Assembly (NCBI GenBank): GCA_031420835.1
Contig: JANONN010000333.1
Coordinates: forward strand, 1 to 36,460
Source of the DNA: Ignavibacteriales bacterium
GTDB lineage: Bacteria > Bacteroidota > Ignavibacteria > UBA10030
Length of the DNA stretch: 36,460 bases
Reading direction: 5' to 3'
Shown here piece after piece: positions 8,753 through 17,559 of the stretch. The notes beneath the pieces are model-generated. The model made no database searches. It saw nothing but the letters and a program-made list of their open reading frames with translations, and was not told the origin of the DNA. Each line of letters opens with the position of its first letter. Position 1 is the stretch's first letter. A program made the position numbers and the translations under genes.

Positions 8753-9208
8753 ATGCATGAGCGAATTGTTGAAATAATCCTTCTTCTGGTCAGTGAGCTA
8801 AAATCGGATAAACAACTCAGCGAGATTGACGTTGCCTTTCTTGCGCGCAATGGCTATACACAGACCGAAATTTCAAGCGCGTTCTCCTGGCTCTTTGAAC
8901 GAATGAATACCGGAACGACGATTGTTCGCAGCAAGGGTCAGTCTGAGTCCTCATTCCGCATCCTCCACGAAGCTGAACAAATGGTGATAACGCGGGAGGC
9001 ATTCGGATACATTCTTCAGTGGCGCGAGCTGGGACTTCTCAGCAACGATGAGATTGAAATGATTATTGAACGAATCATGGCGGCGGGATTCTCTTCCATC
9101 GGAGAGTCCGAGATCAAGTCGTTCTTAGCTGGCCTCTTGTTTGACCAAGAGAATCGTCAAGGGAAGAGCGGCCGTATCTCGCTCAATGGCAACGATACCA
9201 TTCACTAA
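8753..9208 (+). CDS. smg: DUF494 family protein Smg
   Basis: ~150 aa. The N-terminal IVEIILLLVSEL...GYTQTEISSAFSWLFER resembles Smg. The position immediately upstream of topA fits the known smg/dprA/topA-type linkage. Confidence 0.7.
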   Translation: MHERIVEIILLLVSELKSDKQLSEIDVAFLARNGYTQTEISSAFSWLFERMNTGTTIVRSKGQSESSFRILHEAEQMVITREAFGYILQWRELGLLSNDEIEMIIERIMAAGFSSIGESEIKSFLAGLLFDQENRQGKSGRISLNGNDTIH

Positions 9209-9217
9209 GACAGGTCC

Positions 9218-11476
9218 ATGGAAAAATCGTTTATCATAGTTGAGTCTCCATCAAAAGCAAAAACCATCAGCAAATATCTCGGCAAGGAGTATATTGTTGA
9301 CGCATCGGTGGGGCATATCAAGAATCTGCCGAAGAGCAAACTCAGCGTTGATGTCGACAATGGATTTGATGTCGTGTATGAAACCATCAATGGGAAGGAA
9401 GATGTGATCAAACGTTTGCGGGAGAAGGCAGGAAAAGCGAAAGTTGTGTACATCGCAACTGACCCTGACCGTGAGGGGGAAGCCATTGCAGCCCACATTG
9501 CTGATGAGATCAAGGGTGTGAATAAGAATATCAAGCGAGTATTATTCCACGAGATCACAGAATCCGGGATCAAGGATGCGATGGCGCATCCCAAGCGGAT
9601 TGATAAGCATCTGGTGCTTTCGCAGCAAGCGCGGAGAGCAATGGATAGGATCGTGGGGTACAAGATTAGTCCGTTCGTGTGGAAGACGATGTACTACGGG
9701 CTATCCGCAGGAAGAGTGCAATCGGTTGCCCTGAGACTCATTTGTGAGCGCGAAGAGGCAATCAAGAAATTCGTCCCAGTCGAATATTGGTCTATCACGG
9801 GAGACTTTCGCACTCAAGATGACCAGACGTTCCTTGCCAAGCTCGCGAAGGTGTCCGGAGAAGAACCGCGCATCCCTGACGAAACCACAATGAAGGGATA
9901 TCTGGCAGAGATTCAGCGTAACAAGTTTGAAATTACGAAGGTCGACCGGAAGCCCGTCAAGAGGAATCCGCCGGCTCCCTTTATCACAAGCACTCTTCAG
10001 CAAGAGGCTGCGCGAAGGCTTCGTTTTTCTGCCAGGCGTACAATGAGCCTCGCGCAAAAATTGTATGAGGGCGTCGAGGTTGGCGATGAAGGGATGACGG
10101 GGCTCATCACCTATATGAGAACTGATTCGACTCGTTTAAACGCGGAGGCAGTAAGTCATGCCCGGGAATACATCTTTGAGAACTATGGAAAAGAATACGT
10201 CCCAAAAGAGCCGCGGCTGTTCAAGAAAGGGAAATCTTCTCAGGATGCACACGAAGCCATTCGTCCCACGTCGATAAAGTACTCTCCTAAGTTCCTCAGG
10301 AAGTATCTCGATAAGGACCTCTACCTTCTCTACGAGCTTATCTGGAATCGATTCATGGCGTGCCAAATGTCGCCCGCGCTCTTTGAACAACTTTCAGTGG
10401 ATGTTGTTGGGGGCGACTATCTATTCCGTGCAACGGATCAACAATCTCTCTTTCGCGGCTTCTTGCAAGTGTACGACGACGTGGTGGAAGAAAACGGAGC
10501 AGGGAAAGATGAAGAGGATCCAACTTCGAAGTTGCCGGACAAGTTGGGGGTTGGACAGAAAGCCCAGCTTCTTGAATTGATTCCGCGTCAGCATTTCACA
10601 AAGCCGCCGCCTCGGTATACGGAAGCAAGTTTGGTCAAGGAACTGGAATCTCTCGGAATCGGCAGGCCGAGCACATACGCAATGATTGTCAGTACGGTCA
10701 TTGACCGTAAGTACGTTGAGCAAATAGACCGTAAGCTTCATGCATCGGAGTTGGGATTGCAAGTGAACAAATTGCTGGTGAAGTATTTCCCGAACATATT
10801 TAATGTGAAGTTCACCGCGAAAATGGAGGAGGAACTTGATACGATCGCGTCGGGGAAACAGAAATACGAGAACGTGATGAGCGATTTCTACACTCCGTTT
10901 ATCTACGCGCTGGAAAAAGTTGAGAAGATCGCTTCCACGATCAAGAAATCATTGCAAGAAGAAACCAAAGAACTCTGCGAAGTGTGTGGCAAGCCGATGA
11001 TTGTGAAGTGGGGACGCAATGGGCGATTCATGGCTTGCTCCGGGTACCCCTCGTGCAAGAATACAAAACCGCTTCCTGAAGATCAGGAAAAGCATCAGCA
11101 CCTTGTTGGAATTATTTGTGATGTGTGTGGCGGTGATATGATGGTGAAATCCGGACGGTTTGGGACATTCTTAGGTTGCTCGAATTACCCTAAATGTACG
11201 AACACTAAACCGATCTCGATTGGTATCAAATGTCCCAAATGCAAAGAAGGGGACCTGATCGAGCGAAAGACGAAAAAAGGGAAGAGAGTATTCTACGGAT
11301 GTTCGCGCTACCCCGAATGCGATTTTGCTTCGTGGGACCGCCCCGTAAGCGAAGCATGCGGAACGTGCGGATCAGCGTATATGGTAGTCAAATACTCCCA
11401 AGCGCGTGGAGAATATTTAAAGTGTCCGGAATGCAAAGCAGAGGTCGCGCGTGAGGAACTTGCAGTAGGAACATAG
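9218..11476 (+). CDS. topA: DNA topoisomerase I (type IA) with four C-terminal zinc ribbons
   Basis: Toprim IIVESPSKAKTI and DPDREGEAIA. Active-site Tyr motif GLITYMRTDS. Four CxxC...CxxC modules (e.g. CEVCGKPM...CSGYPSCKN). Confidence 0.95.
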   Translation: MEKSFIIVESPSKAKTISKYLGKEYIVDASVGHIKNLPKSKLSVDVDNGFDVVYETINGKEDVIKRLREKAGKAKVVYIATDPDREGEAIAAHIADEIKGVNKNIKRVLFHEITESGIKDAMAHPKRIDKHLVLSQQARRAMDRIVGYKISPFVWKTMYYGLSAGRVQSVALRLICEREEAIKKFVPVEYWSITGDFRTQDDQTFLAKLAKVSGEEPRIPDETTMKGYLAEIQRNKFEITKVDRKPVKRNPPAPFITSTLQQEAARRLRFSARRTMSLAQKLYEGVEVGDEGMTGLITYMRTDSTRLNAEAVSHAREYIFENYGKEYVPKEPRLFKKGKSSQDAHEAIRPTSIKYSPKFLRKYLDKDLYLLYELIWNRFMACQMSPALFEQLSVDVVGGDYLFRATDQQSLFRGFLQVYDDVVEENGAGKDEEDPTSKLPDKLGVGQKAQLLELIPRQHFTKPPPRYTEASLVKELESLGIGRPSTYAMIVSTVIDRKYVEQIDRKLHASELGLQVNKLLVKYFPNIFNVKFTAKMEEELDTIASGKQKYENVMSDFYTPFIYALEKVEKIASTIKKSLQEETKELCEVCGKPMIVKWGRNGRFMACSGYPSCKNTKPLPEDQEKHQHLVGIICDVCGGDMMVKSGRFGTFLGCSNYPKCTNTKPISIGIKCPKCKEGDLIERKTKKGKRVFYGCSRYPECDFASWDRPVSEACGTCGSAYMVVKYSQARGEYLKCPECKAEVAREELAVGT

Positions 11477-11600
11477 CCATGCGCCTGCTTGAGACATGGA
11501 TGAGAACCCCCGTTATGTGCTGATGGAGTGCTTATTTCTGAACAGAATTAAATCTTGCTTCAGCTTTATGGAACTTTTCGTCCACGTCTCTTGAATTGTT

Positions 11601-12482
11601 ATGAAGAACATCCAGGATCCAATTCGAAGTTTCTTGGAAGGTCTTGAAGTAGAGCGGAACTACTCAAGGAACACCTTGCTTTCATACGAGTACGATTTGC
11701 ATCAGTTCGCTTCATCCCTTCTTCATCTCCGCATCGGCTCATATTCTAAAGTCAACAAGCAAACGCTTCGATCTTTTCTTGGCACTCTTATCGACCAAGG
11801 ATACTCAAAAAAAAGCATCGCGCGGAAGGTTGCATCGCTCCGTTCGCTCTTTAAGTTCCTGAAGCGGACCGGCATCATTGAAGGGAATCCGACATTTGGA
11901 CTTGCGCCACCGAAGATCGAGAAGCGTCTGCCAACATTCCTTGATGAACGTTCCGTGCACGCGATGTTCGATGCTTTACCGACCGATTCTCATACATCGA
12001 AACGCGATATCGCCATCCTTGAACTTCTCTACGGCACTGGAATCCGTGTCAGTGAACTGACCGGACTGAACAGAGAGGACATTGACTTTATTGACAGATC
12101 AATAAAAGTGTTGGGGAAGGGGAGCAAGCAACGCGTGATTCCCCTTGGGCGAAAGGCCTACGATGCGTTGAAAAGATATTTGGTCATGTATCAGGCAAAA
12201 ACTGTTGACCCACTGTTTGTGGGAGCGACAGACAAGAGAATCACACCGCGCACGGTGCATCGCATCGTCTCCAGGGCCATTGCGCGTGTCTCAGATCTTG
12301 AGAAGAAGAGTCCCCACGTTCTCAGGCATTCCTTTGCTACGCATTTGTTAGATCGCGGGGCGGAACTACGAGCCGTGAAGGATCTCCTCGGTCATGAAAG
12401 TCTTTCGACGACCCAAGTCTACACTCACGTGTCAACTGAACGGATGAAAAAAGCATACAAGCAAGCACACCCAAAAGCATGA
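11601..12482 (+). CDS. tyrosine site-specific recombinase, XerC/XerD family
   Basis: N-terminal SAM-like core-binding domain (LEVERNYSRNTLLSYEYDL). Catalytic motifs RVSEL, HVLRHSFATHLL and LLGHESLSTTQVYTHV. I cannot separate XerC from XerD by eye. Confidence 0.85.
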   Translation: MKNIQDPIRSFLEGLEVERNYSRNTLLSYEYDLHQFASSLLHLRIGSYSKVNKQTLRSFLGTLIDQGYSKKSIARKVASLRSLFKFLKRTGIIEGNPTFGLAPPKIEKRLPTFLDERSVHAMFDALPTDSHTSKRDIAILELLYGTGIRVSELTGLNREDIDFIDRSIKVLGKGSKQRVIPLGRKAYDALKRYLVMYQAKTVDPLFVGATDKRITPRTVHRIVSRAIARVSDLEKKSPHVLRHSFATHLLDRGAELRAVKDLLGHESLSTTQVYTHVSTERMKKAYKQAHPKA

Positions 12483-12508
12483 CTTCCTTCTATCAAAAGG
12501 AGACCGCC

Positions 12509-12841
12509 ATGAAGATCAATGTGACATCGCGCCACTTCAAAGCTCATCAGTCAATTGTGGAATATGCGGAACAAGCAGCAGCCAAGCTCGATCACTTCTA
12601 CGATGGGATCATCAAATGTGACTTCATCTTGATTTATGAAAAGCCGAGGAACAGTTTGAAGGTTGCTGAACTCAAGGTGGCAGTGTATGGCACCATTCTC
12701 ACTTCAGTTACAAAAAGCGATGACTTCCCCAAGTCGATAGACATGGCTGTAGAAAAAGTATTAGTGCAACTAAAGAAGTACAAAGCTAAACTACGTTCTA
12801 GAGATCGGAACCTTGTCCGCACAGCTACTGCAAAAGTCTAA
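12509..12841 (+). CDS. hpf: ribosome hibernation promoting factor / RaiA family (short form)
   Basis: MKINVTSRHFKAHQSIVEYAEQ...LDHFY...KCDFIL is typical of HPF/YfiA. AAGGAG lies 7 nt upstream of ATG 12509, which I prefer over the track start at 12479. Confidence 0.8.
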   Translation: MKINVTSRHFKAHQSIVEYAEQAAAKLDHFYDGIIKCDFILIYEKPRNSLKVAELKVAVYGTILTSVTKSDDFPKSIDMAVEKVLVQLKKYKAKLRSRDRNLVRTATAKV

Positions 12842-12850
12842 AGGCCCAAC

Positions 12851-13858
12851 ATGTCGCTACAAAGTCCAAAAGAAACACACAAGAGTAGCATTACAGTAGG
12901 ATTTCTTTTCGAAGCGAATAAGAAGCGGTTGAAACTCAAATCGCTTAACGGTGACGTTGGATTCAATCGGGAGATACGTGATAAGAACGTTCACCGCCCA
13001 GGGTTGGCATTGGCGGGGTATGTGGAATTGTTTACATATGACCGGGTACAGATTTTTGGGAACACTGAAGTCCGTTATTTGAAGCATCTCAGTTTTGCGG
13101 AACGACTCAAAGCGTTTGAAACGATCTTTCAGTTTGATCTTCCGTGCATTGTCGTGACAAACGATAATCCGCTTGATCCGGAATTGATTAGTGTGGCCAC
13201 CCGGTACGGTGTTTCAATTCTTCAGACTCCTTTTGAGACGACCAAGTTTGTCTATTTCCTCAGCGATTTCCTTGACGATCAGTTCGCGCCACAGACCGTT
13301 GTGCATGGTTCGTTTGTTGATGTGTACGGCGTAGGTGTCATGATCACCGGCCGCTCAGGGATCGGGAAAAGCGAGATTGCCTTGGACCTGATCGAGCGTG
13401 GTCATCGGTTGGTTGCAGATGACGTGGTGATGATTACGCGGAAAGGAGAGGGGATTCTGATGGGCGCCGGAACCGATGTGGTGAAACATTTCATGGAGAT
13501 TCGCGGGCTAGGACTGATCGATGTTCGGTCGGTCTTTGGAATCAGATCCATCCGTTTTCAGAAACGCGTGGAGGTGATTGTTGAACTCCAGGATTGGCAG
13601 CGTGATGTGGAATATACTCGTACGGGCTTAGATCACGAAAACATCGCCATTCTTGACGTTGAAATTCCGCACGTCAAACTGCCGATCTTCCCCGGTAAGA
13701 ATGTGACGGTAATTGCGGAAGTCATTGCCTTGGATTATCTCCTGAAGCACTATGGATACGACGCTGCGAAGGAATTCTCGAAGCAGCTTGATGCCACAAT
13801 TTCCCAGAAAACAAAAGGAAAACGCGTCATTGACTACTTCGAGCACGATTTTGAATAA
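12851..13858 (+). CDS. hprK: HPr kinase/phosphorylase
   Basis: Walker A GRSGIGKSEIALDLI, LVADDVV, and HprK signature MEIRGLGLIDV. Length 335 aa. Confidence 0.9.
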   Translation: MSLQSPKETHKSSITVGFLFEANKKRLKLKSLNGDVGFNREIRDKNVHRPGLALAGYVELFTYDRVQIFGNTEVRYLKHLSFAERLKAFETIFQFDLPCIVVTNDNPLDPELISVATRYGVSILQTPFETTKFVYFLSDFLDDQFAPQTVVHGSFVDVYGVGVMITGRSGIGKSEIALDLIERGHRLVADDVVMITRKGEGILMGAGTDVVKHFMEIRGLGLIDVRSVFGIRSIRFQKRVEVIVELQDWQRDVEYTRTGLDHENIAILDVEIPHVKLPIFPGKNVTVIAEVIALDYLLKHYGYDAAKEFSKQLDATISQKTKGKRVIDYFEHDFE

Positions 13859-13872
13859 CGGCGGCAGGATTC

Positions 13873-13901
13873 TTGACATAGGCTGAAATATTTCCTATTT
13901 T
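13873..13901 (+). promoter_or_regulatory. sigma70-like promoter TTGACA-17 nt-TATTTT
   Basis: Hexamers at 13873-13878 and 13896-13901 with an exactly 17-nt spacer, about 50 nt upstream of the M23 peptidase ATG. Confidence 0.35.
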
Positions 13902-13950
13902 CGCTCTGCCTTTCCCGGATGGCATTCCATCACTCGGTGAAGTTGAAACA

Positions 13951-14901
13951 ATGAGAAGATCAAAACTTTATTATTACTCAAGTGATTCGCTTGATTTTGT
14001 TCAAGCCAAATGGCAACGAACGAAACTTGCCGGGCTGACGCTTGTCATTACTGTGGTGCTTCTGCTTGGTGCGTTTGAGATCAATCATGCGCTTGGCGAT
14101 CCACTCGACATGGGATTTAATAGCATGAGGGTTTTGACTGCTGAGAATCAGGTCTTGAAGAGCCAGCTTCGTCAGATTACGGGTCGGCTTGGCGGATTAG
14201 AAAACCGTCTGAACAATCTGAACGAACAAAATAACCAACTCAGACTTCTGGTTGATCTTCCGGCGATTGATGAAGACACGAGAGAAGTTGGAACCGGTGG
14301 CGCTTCAGAAAAAATTGACTTCAGTGGTTCGCTCGATGTGAGCAAATTGATTCGCCATCTGAATAACTCCGTCTCGAAAGCTGAGAGGGAGCTTCAACTA
14401 CAGTTGACGAGCTACAACGAAGTAGTGGGCACCTATGAGGAGAACAAGGTAAAGTTTGCGCACATCCCAGCCATCAAGCCGATGGAAGGGTTCTATTCTC
14501 CCCACGGGTTTGGGATGCGACTTCACCCCGTCTTGAGAATCTACAAACTTCACGAAGCAGTCGATATCATCGGTGATGTCGGGACGCCCGTGTATGCGAG
14601 TGGAGATGGTGTGGTGGAATATGCGGGTCGTACTGGTGGCGGATATGGAATCATGATTGAAATTGGTCATGGATATGGATACACGTCGCTCTATGCCCAT
14701 CTGGAGAAGGTGTTGGTGAAAGAAGGACAGCGAGTGAAGCGCGGTGATCTCGTTGGGAGGAGCGGACGAACGGGTCTCGTAAGCGGTCCGCACCTGCACT
14801 ATGAAGTGCGTCGGAATGGAGTGCGTCAGAATCCTATTGACTATTTCTTTGACGACATTAATTATCAAGAATACAAAGATAAGCTTGTCATTCTTGATTG
14901 A
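13951..14901 (+). CDS. M23 family metallopeptidase with N-terminal TM anchor and coiled coil
   Basis: TM LAGLTLVITVVLLLGAF. Coiled-coil region (LKSQLRQITGRLGGLENRLNNLNEQNNQLR). M23 motifs HEAVDI (HxxxD) and GPHLHYEV (HxH). Confidence 0.9.
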   Translation: MRRSKLYYYSSDSLDFVQAKWQRTKLAGLTLVITVVLLLGAFEINHALGDPLDMGFNSMRVLTAENQVLKSQLRQITGRLGGLENRLNNLNEQNNQLRLLVDLPAIDEDTREVGTGGASEKIDFSGSLDVSKLIRHLNNSVSKAERELQLQLTSYNEVVGTYEENKVKFAHIPAIKPMEGFYSPHGFGMRLHPVLRIYKLHEAVDIIGDVGTPVYASGDGVVEYAGRTGGGYGIMIEIGHGYGYTSLYAHLEKVLVKEGQRVKRGDLVGRSGRTGLVSGPHLHYEVRRNGVRQNPIDYFFDDINYQEYKDKLVILD

Positions 14902-14938
14902 CTCATTTCCTATCGGTTAATTGTGAATTCGAGCGATC

Positions 14939-15184
14939 ATGGGAGATGATACAGCGATGATTTGGACGATTGAACTGGCTTCGTACCTTGACGATGCCCC
15001 GTGGCCAGCCACGAAAGAAGAACTGATTGACTATGCCGTCCGTACCGGGGCGCCGATAGAGGTTATTCAAAACCTTGAGGAACTGGAAGATAGCGACGAG
15101 CCGTACGAGAGCATTGAGGAAATCTGGCCCGACTATCCTTCCGATGAAGACTTCTTCTATGAAGATGATAAGGAGTACCGATAG
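14939..15184 (+). CDS. DUF2795-like small acidic protein
   Basis: LASYLDDAPWPATKEELIDYAVRTGAPIEVIQNLEEL matches the DUF2795 pattern (W/YPA.KeeLi..A...GA...v...L). Acidic C-terminal tail. Confidence 0.6.
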   Translation: MGDDTAMIWTIELASYLDDAPWPATKEELIDYAVRTGAPIEVIQNLEELEDSDEPYESIEEIWPDYPSDEDFFYEDDKEYR

Positions 15185-15238
15185 CTGAGTCAGGCTCCCC
15201 GCGTCGGACGAACGTTCCGAACGTAATGATCATTCATG

Positions 15239-15266
15239 AAACCCAGTTCTCACGCTGGGTTTTTTT
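15239..15266 (+). terminator. rho-independent terminator
   Basis: AAACCCAG / CTGGGTTT 8-bp stem with an 8-nt loop, running into a T run (15260-15266). Confidence 0.75.
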
Positions 15267-15278
15267 GTGCCGTTCTCT

Positions 15279-17327
15279 ATGAAGTGCATATTGGCCCTCA
15301 TCTTCCTTACGACACTTCCGTTGTCTGCCCAAGAATCGCTAAGGGAGTACGAGGTTTCGACAATCCGTTTCCTCGGCAATGAAGTACTCTCCGAAGACCT
15401 TCTCAAATCCGCGATACAGTTGCGAGAGACACCATCGTGGCCCTTCAAGTTCCTTTTTAAGATCAGCGAGAAGCTTGGTGAGAAGAATGAGTACTTCGAT
15501 CCGGTCACCCTCGAGACCGATTTCGTAAGGATTCGAGCCTTCTACCACGACAACGGATTCTTCCATTCTCGTATTGATACGTCTCTCACGATTGATAACG
15601 AAAACAAGCAAGTGTCAGTGACGTATAGAATTCATGAAGGGTCGCGATCCTTCATCGATACGATTAATTACAAAGGTCTTGAGGGGCTCCCATCCAGTCT
15701 GCTGGATGAAGTTTTCGGCCAGCTGCTCATCAAGATCCATGATCCATTTCGGACTGAGATGATCGATAACGAACTCCGTCGCTTGGTTCGTGTTTTCGCT
15801 GATCATGGTTACATTGCTGTGCGCGTGGACACCGTGATTGCACAACGCTTTGCGTCAACGAACAATGTGAAAGTTGAGTTTCGTTTTACCGAGGGGGAAC
15901 GTTACAAATTCGGCACGATTCAAGTAGAAACCGATACAACCGTAAGCGAGCGAGTGGAAAACGAGATTGTTCTTCGGCATTTGGATTTTCAAACCGGCGA
16001 TTTTTACAGCGAAACGAAGAAGATTGAAAGCGAACGCAACTTGAATCGCCTCGGTGTCTTTGAAATTGCTCAACTCGAGCACATAAGCGCTCGTGCCAAT
16101 GACACCGCTCGGACAATACCCATTCGCATCAACGTTCGGCCGCGACCGTTCCATGAGATGTCTCCCGAGATTGGTGTAAGCGACGAAAACAACGCGTTCA
16201 ATATTCTCATGGGATTGGGATACAACAACAGATACTTTCTTGGTGGGGCACGAAATTTTTCAACACGACTGGGTTTTCAGGTCCAATCTATCCACAATGT
16301 TCGATGGGCTCGGGTGTTCGAAAAGAACGGGTATTTAGATAGCTCGCTCGTTGGCAAGATCGACCTTTCATTCCAGATGATACAACCGTACCTCTTCAGC
16401 AACAAAGTGAGCTTGAGTTGGACAATCTCGTCAATCTTTGAAAAACAGTCGGCTTACTTCCTTCCGATCCTCAGTAACCGTGTGGGCATTGCGGCGCAAA
16501 CCGCACGCTATACGCGTTTGTTTGTTGATTGGAATTTGCAACGTATCAACCCGACCGCCATTGAGAAATCCGCATCCGGTGTTCTCGAACGCCGGGGCCT
16601 GAAGCGCCAGTTCAACTCCATCCTAACGTTCACAATTCAGCGGGACATGCGTAATGATCTCTTCTCGCCGGCGGAAGGTTTTTTTCATTCTGCGTCCGTC
16701 GAAGAGGCAGGGCTTCTTCCATCCGTGATTGGAGATATCTTCGGTACGGAGCTTCCGTATTCTCGATACTATAAGTTGTCAGTGTTGGGTCAGTGGTATT
16801 GGAATCTGATCGGTCAGCGGTATTTCATTCTGGCTACGCGAGTCAGGGGTGGATACGCCCAACTGTACGCGCCGTCCCCTGCCAACGAGGTGCCCGTCAC
16901 GAGCAGGTTCTTTGCCGGTGGGAGCGGAAGCGTTCGCGGCTGGAGGGCGCGCAACCTTGGCGCTCTTGACGACAGCAAACTGGGAGGGAATGCGTCCTTC
17001 GAAACAAACGTTGAAACGCGATGGCATCTCTTCCAAAATGCCGGAAATCTGTGGTTTATTAGTCTTGCCAACATCAGTTTGGTGTTGTTCTACGATGCGG
17101 GAAATGTCTGGCGCTCTGTGAGAAGCGTTCGTGGTTCGGAAGTGGCAATGGCAACTGGCTTGGGCTTTCGCTGGGATACGATTGCAGGTCCGGTGCGAAT
17201 TGATTATGGTTTGAGAGTCTATGATCCTGCGGCAGTGAGTGCGCAACGGTGGATTACACAACGGAGGTTCTTTCCTGAGACAGTAACAGGAGGGGCTTTT
17301 CATTTCGGAATTGGGCACGCATTCTAG
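15279..17327 (+). CDS. BamA/TamA family outer-membrane protein (POTRA repeats plus surface antigen D15 barrel)
   Basis: Signal peptide MKCILALIFLTTLPLSAQ. POTRA-like repeats (IRFLGNEVLSEDLL, INYKGLEGL, GERYKFGTIQVE). C-terminal barrel with RFFAGGSGSVRGW and terminal GIGHAF. ATG 15279 is preferred to the GTG at 15267, which lies inside the terminator T run. Confidence 0.8.
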   Translation: MKCILALIFLTTLPLSAQESLREYEVSTIRFLGNEVLSEDLLKSAIQLRETPSWPFKFLFKISEKLGEKNEYFDPVTLETDFVRIRAFYHDNGFFHSRIDTSLTIDNENKQVSVTYRIHEGSRSFIDTINYKGLEGLPSSLLDEVFGQLLIKIHDPFRTEMIDNELRRLVRVFADHGYIAVRVDTVIAQRFASTNNVKVEFRFTEGERYKFGTIQVETDTTVSERVENEIVLRHLDFQTGDFYSETKKIESERNLNRLGVFEIAQLEHISARANDTARTIPIRINVRPRPFHEMSPEIGVSDENNAFNILMGLGYNNRYFLGGARNFSTRLGFQVQSIHNVRWARVFEKNGYLDSSLVGKIDLSFQMIQPYLFSNKVSLSWTISSIFEKQSAYFLPILSNRVGIAAQTARYTRLFVDWNLQRINPTAIEKSASGVLERRGLKRQFNSILTFTIQRDMRNDLFSPAEGFFHSASVEEAGLLPSVIGDIFGTELPYSRYYKLSVLGQWYWNLIGQRYFILATRVRGGYAQLYAPSPANEVPVTSRFFAGGSGSVRGWRARNLGALDDSKLGGNASFETNVETRWHLFQNAGNLWFISLANISLVLFYDAGNVWRSVRSVRGSEVAMATGLGFRWDTIAGPVRIDYGLRVYDPAAVSAQRWITQRRFFPETVTGGAFHFGIGHAF

Positions 17328-17355
17328 CAAGCTGTTGAAAGACTGTTTTGGGTAG

Positions 17356-17512
17356 CCACGACCTTCAGGTCGTGGACAAGATTAACGAAATCTTATTGGG
17401 CTTTAGCCCATTCGCGCAGAACTATGGTTAAAACCCATATCTCTTTCTTGTATTTGTTTCCACGAACTGCCAGCCCGTCCCGACGAGTCGGGATCTGGCG
17501 GGAAGCTCGTGG
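17356..17512. repeat. cluster of three perfect or near-perfect hairpins sharing CCACGA/TCGTGG arms
   Basis: Hairpin A: CCACGACC-ttca-GGTCGTGG (17356-17375). Hairpin B: TGGGC-ttta-GCCCA (17397-17410). Hairpin C is compound (17460-17512): CCACGA..GCCAG..TCCCGA-cgag-TCGGGA..CTGGC..TCGTGG. Confidence 0.55.
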
Positions 17513-17559
17513 CTATGCACCCCTTTTTTCAACAGCCTGCTAGGATTCAAAGAAAGAAC

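Noticed and set aside
11601-12482. Tyrosine recombinase as a sign of an integrated mobile element or phage
   Set aside because: Xer-type motifs, a housekeeping operon context (topA upstream, hpf overlapping downstream), and no flanking tRNA, direct repeats or phage or transposon genes. It is most simply the chromosomal dimer-resolution recombinase.
12509-13858. hpf-hprK adjacency as an unusual regulatory module
   Set aside because: Linkage of hprK with hpf and rpoN-region genes is already known in bacteria lacking a full PTS. Nothing in the sequence departs from the ordinary families.
16779-17330. 183-aa minus-strand ORF, and others at 16814..17074 and 16849..17121, inside the BamA-like gene
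   Set aside because: These are shadow ORFs within the conserved C-terminal barrel-coding region. Their composition is Arg/Pro/Ser-rich and no signals support them.
17356-17512. Hairpin clusters (also 35175-35246) as a degenerate CRISPR array
   Set aside because: There are no regularly spaced identical direct repeats, only two or three dissimilar palindromes, and no cas genes in the window.
17509-17559. Track start of holB at GTG 17509 (N-terminal MAMHPFFQQPARIQRKN)
   Set aside because: This GTG lies within the 3' arm of a long hairpin. The family-typical N-terminus MSWHNVIGQ begins at ATG 17560.
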